Below the pieces are notes generated by a model. It saw only the letters and a list, made by a program, of their open reading frames with translations. It ran no database searches and had not been told where the DNA came from. From contig CADBWQ010000003.1 in assembly GCA_902798545.1 (NCBI GenBank), forward strand, positions 191,540 to 255,539: a DNA stretch of 64,000 nucleotides. Direction: 5' to 3'. Positions 58,856-64,000 of this stretch are shown here, piece by piece. The stretch's first letter is position 1; each line of letters opens with the position of its first letter. A program made the translations under genes and the position numbers. The DNA comes from Oscillospiraceae bacterium. GTDB taxonomy: Bacteria; Bacillota; Clostridia; Oscillospirales; Oscillospiraceae.

Positions 58856-59812
58856 TCAGAGAATTCGATGTTCCGGTGTTTTTCCGGTAAGAAGAATACT
58901 GATTTCATTCTCGTTGAGGTCAGCGCCGATCACAGTGATTGCCGACCGATTCTCCGGGACTTCTTCCACATTGGTCTCATCTATTGTGGCGTTGAGCTGA
59001 TACCATCTGCCATTTTCCGGAAAGAAGCCTTTCACCCGCAGGATACGGCCGTACTTCGGTTGCGTATACAGCAGTCTGATTCTTCTCTCCAGTTCCTTCC
59101 TGCCCAGCGGCAGCTCCAGAAATGACAGGGACTGAAATTCGCTTCGCCCGCCTGCGATGGTCTTCATGTAATCTGTCGGATAACTGCTGCAGTCCATCAG
59201 GCGCCGGAAGTCTTCATCTGACAGCTTTGCCCAGTCTCTGCACAGGATCCGGTTCTCCGGCACCGGCGTACCGTGGATGTGCTCCATAGCCCGGTTGAGA
59301 TGCGCAATCGCAGCGCCGATCTCTTCTTCTGTTGCCAGCTGTACCCGGCTCAGCAGGACACAGCCCGCGCCTGCCGCCTGTGAGGCCAGGAAGAATTCTT
59401 CCTCCTCTGTCATCGGCGCATGGAGCTTTGCATCTACAATGGCGATAACACTTCCGGCTTCATACCATCGGTCAATGGGCGATTCATGCAGCGTATCAAA
59501 GAATTCATCCATGTCGAACACACCGGAAGGCTCGATGATGACCCTGTCGTATCCACTCATCCCCATGGCGATAAGCTTCGTGCGAAATCGTCTTTTGTGA
59601 CACTCGGGATCACAGCCGCCGGCCAGCATTTCCAGCTCACACTGATCTCCCCGCAGTTCTTTCAGAAGCGGCATATCCACGTTCACAGCCCCATGGTCGT
59701 AGACCAGAATCCCGATCTTCATTCCCTGTGCCATCAGGTATCTGGCATAGCGGAGAAGGAATGTCGTTTTTCCTGCCCCAAGGAATCCAGTAATCAGATC
59801 TACTTTAATCAT
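58856..59812 (-). CDS. CobW/COG0523-family G3E GTPase (putative metallochaperone) with an atypical metal motif.
   Basis: Walker A GFLGAGKTTFL and Walker B-like RVIIEPSGV. The position of the canonical GCxCC motif reads GGCDPECH. A C-terminal CobW_C-like domain is present. Confidence 0.85.
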   Translation of the reverse strand: MIKVDLITGFLGAGKTTFLLRYARYLMAQGMKIGILVYDHGAVNVDMPLLKELRGDQCELEMLAGGCDPECHKRRFRTKLIAMGMSGYDRVIIEPSGVFDMDEFFDTLHESPIDRWYEAGSVIAIVDAKLHAPMTEEEEFFLASQAAGAGCVLLSRVQLATEEEIGAAIAHLNRAMEHIHGTPVPENRILCRDWAKLSDEDFRRLMDCSSYPTDYMKTIAGGRSEFQSLSFLELPLGRKELERRIRLLYTQPKYGRILRVKGFFPENGRWYQLNATIDETNVEEVPENRSAITVIGADLNENEISILLTGKTPEHRIL

Positions 59813-59843
59813 ACTGCTTTCTCTCCAGGGCTGTCGGGTTTTC

Positions 59844-61118
59844 TCACGCCCATACCAGCCAGATCACCAGCGCTCCCGCCACAGCTGCAATCAGTGTGAA
59901 GGGAATACCGATCCGCAGGAAGTCCCCGGTTGAGACCTTATACCCCTCTCTTTGCAGGATACCGATACCCGCAATGTTGGCAGAGGCGCCGACAGGAGTG
60001 ATGTTTCCACCCAACGTCGCTCCAATCAACAGGCCGAAAGCGAAGAGATAGGGCTCCAGTCCCAGTTGGAGGGCAATCCCGCTCACCACCGGCAGCATGG
60101 TCGCGACATAGGGGATATTGTCAATGAACGCGCTGAGCAGGACAGAAACTGCCACGATCAGTACATATGTGACGAGCTTGGAGCCTCCTCCCAGCTTCAC
60201 GAAAAGTGCGGCAATGGCGTCGATCACGCCTGCCTGTGTGATGCCTTCGATTACCATGAAGAGACCTGCCAGCAGGAGCAGCGTCTTATAGTCGATGGAT
60301 TTCAGCACACTGGATGCCACTCCCGCGGAGCGCTGACGGATCAGTTCATAGATGATCCCGATGACCGCCAGGCCACAGCAGATATATCCATTGGTAAGCT
60401 CCGGTTTGTTTTCAAACTGAGAGGCCGCAATGAGCAGTACCACCGTACCGAACATCAGGATCGTCGGCACAAAGTCGCTCACCACAGTTTTAACTTCTGC
60501 GCTCACCCGTTCCTTCTCCTTTCGGAAGATGAACAGCAGGACCGGGATCGTGAGCAGCGCCCCCGCTTCCACCGCGAAGGCAATCCCCGGCTTCCCCATG
60601 AACCAGAAATAGTCATTGAAACTCATGTTCATATACCCTGCCAGCAGGATCGATGTGGTGTCGCCCACCAGTGTCGCGGCTCCCTGCAGATTGCTGGAAA
60701 CCGAAATGGCAATAATCAGAGGAACCGGGTTGGTTTTCAGCTGTTTTGCCACAGCCAGGCCAACCGGTGCCACCATCAGCACCGTGGCGACATTATCCAC
60801 AAAAGCAGAGATCACGCCGGCGAAGACAGAGAGGGCTACAGCAGCCCACTGGATATTGGGCACCTTCTGCAGCAGTTTTTCCGCCATCAGCGCAGGCATC
60901 CTGCTCTGTATAAAGAGCTCCACGGTTGCCATCGTTCCGGTCAGCATCATCAGGACATTCCAGTTGACCGCGCCCAGCGCGCTCATGGGCGGCAGCAGTC
61001 GAACCAGCATAAAAACAGCTGCTGTAGCCAGCGCGATGATCCATCGATAATCCGAAAAGACCAGCAGCAGTACATACATGATTCCAAAGAGGATCAGTGC
61101 CAGAGTCATCGTATTCAT
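59844..61118 (-). CDS. ArsB/NhaD (CitMHS-like) superfamily permease.
   Basis: Duplicated motifs SAFVDNVATVLM and SAFIDNIPYVATMLP. About 11-12 TM spans. Confidence 0.85.
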   Translation of the reverse strand: MNTMTLALILFGIMYVLLLVFSDYRWIIALATAAVFMLVRLLPPMSALGAVNWNVLMMLTGTMATVELFIQSRMPALMAEKLLQKVPNIQWAAVALSVFAGVISAFVDNVATVLMVAPVGLAVAKQLKTNPVPLIIAISVSSNLQGAATLVGDTTSILLAGYMNMSFNDYFWFMGKPGIAFAVEAGALLTIPVLLFIFRKEKERVSAEVKTVVSDFVPTILMFGTVVLLIAASQFENKPELTNGYICCGLAVIGIIYELIRQRSAGVASSVLKSIDYKTLLLLAGLFMVIEGITQAGVIDAIAALFVKLGGGSKLVTYVLIVAVSVLLSAFIDNIPYVATMLPVVSGIALQLGLEPYLFAFGLLIGATLGGNITPVGASANIAGIGILQREGYKVSTGDFLRIGIPFTLIAAVAGALVIWLVWA

Positions 61119-61151
61119 TTCCTGTATCTACCTCCGTAACAGAACCGTCCG

Positions 61152-62540
61152 TTAATGTCTGGGCTTGTACTCGTTTTCTGTGCCGCGCTTTTTTACGCTT
61201 CTCACAGTCGAATCGGTTCTTTTCACTTTCTTCACACCACGTTCCGGGTTCTCAGCTTCCTCTGTGTCCCTTCGGCGGCTCTTCGTTTTCCCGGTTCCTT
61301 CCGAATCCGTCCAGTCCAGTTCTTCGCCCGCCATTGTCTCATCTTCCGCTGCCCGTTTTCTCGCGATGAGAAGCAGGATCAACGCCCCGATAATCACTGC
61401 GGCAAGTACTGCCGCAATAATGATCACCGCTGTTGGAATTCTTTTTTGTGTATTATTCCCATCTTCCTGCGAAATTCCGTCGAGTGTATTCACGTTCCCC
61501 GCAGGATCCGGATTCTCATCCGGCATAGCCGGAAGAGAATCGATACTTTCTGTTTCCGGCATCTGCATTTCAGGCTCCGCATCGTTCGCCGTCTGCTCCA
61601 ATGCCAGCGCTTCCGCTTCTGCGCGTTCTGTCTCTGCCTGTCTCCACGCTTCCACCTGCTGATCGAGTTCAAGTGAGTAATCTGCCAGATGCTCCCCCAC
61701 CTGGGCGATAATGTTCTGATAGTCCATAATATTCCGCGTCATGACGGTGACAATGATCGGGGTCGGTGTGTAGATAATCGCAGTACAGTGATTGTTGTTA
61801 TTCCCGTTCGGCTCCTCATAGGCGCCAAACTTCTGGGCAACCTGATAGCTGCTTTCTACCTTCTGAGACAAGCGGAAGTACGCCCCCGGCTGTGCCTGGA
61901 GGAGATATTCGATCACATGGGGAAACTTCTCTTCTCCTCCGTCATAGAGCGTTTTCATCACTTGAGTCATATACCGTGCGGTGTAGTAGCTCACATCGAT
62001 AAAATCAGAGGAGAAATAATCTGAGGGAAGGTCTGTATACTTTTCTGTCTGATCGCTGCATTTACCGGCGTAGGTTCCGCCGAGATAGCTCACAATCGCA
62101 TGTCCACTGTCATTGTTGGAATACACCAGTGCCGTCGACTCTGCATACTCGACCGTAATTCCGCTGACGATACTTTGCTGTGTAAGCTCTCCGGAAGCAA
62201 CCTTTTCCGCCAGCAGCATCGAAACCGGCACCTTGTACATGCTTGCCGAATACATCCAGACATCGGCATTGTAATACCAGCTGTCCCCCGTTCCCGTATA
62301 GCAGAATCCAATGGAGAAGTCCTTGTAGCTGTCGGTCAGCTGGTGCTCTGTGGCGAAATCATCCGCCCACTGGTTCAGCAGCGCGGCATCGATGATTCCA
62401 CTGTTTTCAGCCGCCTCTGCCGCAACTTGCTCCGCAGACGCCTCCGGAGCCGCTGGTTGTTCTGCAAATGCGGTATTCTCCGCCATCAGAAACGCCAGTA
62501 CCATCAGCAACGATAGTATCTTTTTCATAGTTCCAGTCAT
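61152..62540 (-). CDS. Exported class-A beta-lactamase-like serine hydrolase with a C-terminal TM anchor and a basic cytoplasmic tail.
   Basis: Signal peptide MKKILSLLMVLAFLMAENTAFA, SxxK motif (SASMYK), acidic/Pro-rich linker, TM span IPTAVIIIAAVLAAVIIGALILLLIA, and a Lys/Arg-rich tail. Confidence 0.75.
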   Translation of the reverse strand: MTGTMKKILSLLMVLAFLMAENTAFAEQPAAPEASAEQVAAEAAENSGIIDAALLNQWADDFATEHQLTDSYKDFSIGFCYTGTGDSWYYNADVWMYSASMYKVPVSMLLAEKVASGELTQQSIVSGITVEYAESTALVYSNNDSGHAIVSYLGGTYAGKCSDQTEKYTDLPSDYFSSDFIDVSYYTARYMTQVMKTLYDGGEEKFPHVIEYLLQAQPGAYFRLSQKVESSYQVAQKFGAYEEPNGNNNNHCTAIIYTPTPIIVTVMTRNIMDYQNIIAQVGEHLADYSLELDQQVEAWRQAETERAEAEALALEQTANDAEPEMQMPETESIDSLPAMPDENPDPAGNVNTLDGISQEDGNNTQKRIPTAVIIIAAVLAAVIIGALILLLIARKRAAEDETMAGEELDWTDSEGTGKTKSRRRDTEEAENPERGVKKVKRTDSTVRSVKKRGTENEYKPRH

Positions 62541-62744
62541 ATTTTCTCCTTTTCCTGATCAGAGAATACAGATGTTACGCTGACACCATTTTAATCAGTT
62601 TTTATATTATATGCGAAATCGGCGTTAATAGCAAGGAAAGAAAATCCCTGTGCAGGGAATATTCCTGTACAGATTTCTTTTCGCTCTCATTTTTATTCAT
62701 CTCTCCAAATTTATATTTCTCGCCATTTTATTTATATATTTTTA

Positions 62745-62773
62745 TTGACATTTTTAGTCTGATGCGTTATAAT
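62745..62773 (+). promoter_or_regulatory. Consensus sigma-A promoter TTGACA-17-TATAAT for the RHH-domain gene.
   Basis: TTGACA at 62745-62750 and TATAAT at 62768-62773, with a 17-nt spacer. Confidence 0.75.
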
Positions 62774-62832
62774 ACACCTGTCAGCTGGAGAAGCGTGCTC
62801 CACTGAATACCTTTTGAAGGGAATGATCTTTT

Positions 62833-63480
62833 TTGAAAAAGACTTTATATAGCCTGATGCTGAACGATGAGGTCGTACGTGAAGTGGATCTGCTGGCCCA
62901 CCGTATGGGAACGAACCGCTCTGCCCTCATCAATCAGATTCTTGCGGAATACGTGAACTATACGACTCCGGAACGCCGCATCAACGACGTGCTCTCCGCG
63001 ATTGAGCAGCTCATGCAGCCGAGCAGTGAACTGGTTCCTTTCTTTGCGCCGAACAGCTACAGCATGTCGCTCAAGAGCTCCCTTGAATATAAATACCGCC
63101 CGACGGTGAAATACGAGGTTCAGCTCTTCCGCGGAGAAGAAGAAAACATCGGCGAACTCTCCGTGGTTTTCCGGACGCAGTCAGCCGCATTGATCAATGT
63201 GATGACGGAATTCTTCCGTCTCTGGAAGAGCATTGAAGACGCTCACCTTGCACCCAAAACTGGTCATCGCCAGCACTATGCACTGTATGACGGACGTTTC
63301 ACTCGCAGCATTTCTGCACCGGACCGCGACTGTACGACAGATCAGCTGGCTTCTGCGCTGTCGGAGTACATCAAGCTCTTTGACAAGCTGATGAAGGCCT
63401 ATGTCAGCGGCCGTCTGAATGCCCACGAAGTGGAAGCTGCTTATTATTCCCAGATGCTGAACAGTCCGATCCATATCTGA
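62833..63480 (+). CDS. Hypothetical protein with an N-terminal ribbon-helix-helix (CopG/Arc-like) DNA-binding motif and a ~165-aa domain of unknown function.
   Basis: TTG start. KKTLYSLMLNDEVVREVDLLAHRMGTNRSALINQILAEYV has the beta-strand/helix/helix pattern of RHH proteins. The remainder has no recognisable motif. Confidence 0.6.
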   Translation: MKKTLYSLMLNDEVVREVDLLAHRMGTNRSALINQILAEYVNYTTPERRINDVLSAIEQLMQPSSELVPFFAPNSYSMSLKSSLEYKYRPTVKYEVQLFRGEEENIGELSVVFRTQSAALINVMTEFFRLWKSIEDAHLAPKTGHRQHYALYDGRFTRSISAPDRDCTTDQLASALSEYIKLFDKLMKAYVSGRLNAHEVEAAYYSQMLNSPIHI

Positions 63481-63556
63481 CAGTTTCGCCTTTGATCAGA
63501 GGATTACCACCCGTTCTTCCTGTCGAAGCTGCCTGTACCTGTGTTCTTTGTACATT

Positions 63557-63575
63557 ACATAATATAATATTATGT
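63557..63575. promoter_or_regulatory. Perfect 9-1-9 palindrome (candidate operator) in the clpB promoter region.
   Basis: ACATAATAT-A-ATATTATGT. It overlaps a possible TTGTAC-17-TATGTT promoter (63548-63576) and an internal TATAAT (63563-63568), about 55 nt upstream of the clpB ATG. Confidence 0.5.
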
Positions 63576-63627
63576 TAATTTAATCTTGTTCTAAACTATT
63601 GCAATCTCAACAAGGAGGTTTGATCAT

Positions 63628-64000
63628 ATGAATGCACAGAATCTGACTCAGAAGAGCCTCGAAGCGATTCAGACCGCCCAGTCCATGGCTCTGGAAAACA
63701 GAAATAACTATATCACCCCTGAGCATCTGCTCTATGCACTTGTGGATCAGGACGGCGGACTGATCCCATCTCTGCTCGGAAAGATGGGTGTCGACTGCAA
63801 CGCCGTTCTGGCCGAACTTGACACCGCCATCTCCGCTCTGCCGAAGGTCGGCAGCACTTCTGATGCCTACCTCTCCCCGGAGACCAACCGCATCCTCACG
63901 GCCGCGGAAAAAGCCTCCAAGTCCATGGGTGACTCTTACATTTCCGTCGAGCACCTGATGATCGGTTTATTCGCTGCTCCCACACCTGCGATCAAGCGTA
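63628..64000 (+). CDS. clpB: ATP-dependent chaperone ClpB, N-terminal 124 codons; continues beyond the right edge.
   Basis: Absent from the track because there is no stop in the window. AAGGAGG SD is 7 nt upstream of ATG 63628. MNAQNLTQKSLEAIQTAQSMALENRNNYITPEHLLYALVDQDGGLIPSLL... has the Clp_N repeat pattern. Confidence 0.88.
   Translation, partial: MNAQNLTQKSLEAIQTAQSMALENRNNYITPEHLLYALVDQDGGLIPSLLGKMGVDCNAVLAELDTAISALPKVGSTSDAYLSPETNRILTAAEKASKSMGDSYISVEHLMIGLFAAPTPAIKR

Overview
This window is a chromosomal, mostly housekeeping segment of a Gram-positive anaerobe. It looks Clostridia-like because of Rex, a CIRCE operator, a reverse rubrerythrin with rubredoxin, and the operon rimP-nusA-ylxR-ylxQ-infB-rbfA-nrnA-truB-ribF. 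I support about 57 protein-coding genes, including two that run off the window edges and one 44-aa rubredoxin; all three are missing from the ORF track. I also support one tRNA-Pro(CGG), a CIRCE operator, and a set of sigma-A-type promoters and intrinsic terminators. Functional blocks from left to right: surface-glycan membrane enzymes; an LRR/TPR surface protein operon ending in rqcP; oxidative-stress genes; PBP1A and an SH3b-NlpC/P60 hydrolase; mnmE-rex-dusB-xth-trmB and rsmG; an NSS transporter; lon; tRNA-Pro and queA; the nusA/infB operon; a VanY-like peptidase, tatD and hsp20; alr with an amino-acid ABC transporter; a LOG protein, a GH3 enzyme and a ClC channel; gltX-tcdA, trpS, a tagO-like gene and tex; kdpD-kdpE-kup; a serine-hydrolase/permease/COG0523 operon; and an RHH-domain protein next to clpB. 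I saw no rRNA, CRISPR array, transposase, integrase, prophage or recognisable defence system, and no convincing multi-gene novel system. The oddities most worth follow-up are these. (1) queA has no start codon of its own, and its frame opens inside the tRNA-Pro gene. (2) An N-terminally truncated kdpD and kdpE are translationally coupled to kup rather than to kdpFABC. (3) An orphan RHH-domain protein sits beside clpB, which carries a perfect 9-1-9 palindrome instead of CIRCE or a CtsR box. (4) A signal-less Ig-like, Tyr/Gly/Asp-repeat protein is tacked onto gltX-tcdA. (5) A COG0523 GTPase with a non-canonical metal motif shares an operon with a permease and a membrane-anchored beta-lactamase-like hydrolase. 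All family assignments come from motif recognition by eye; no database search was run.
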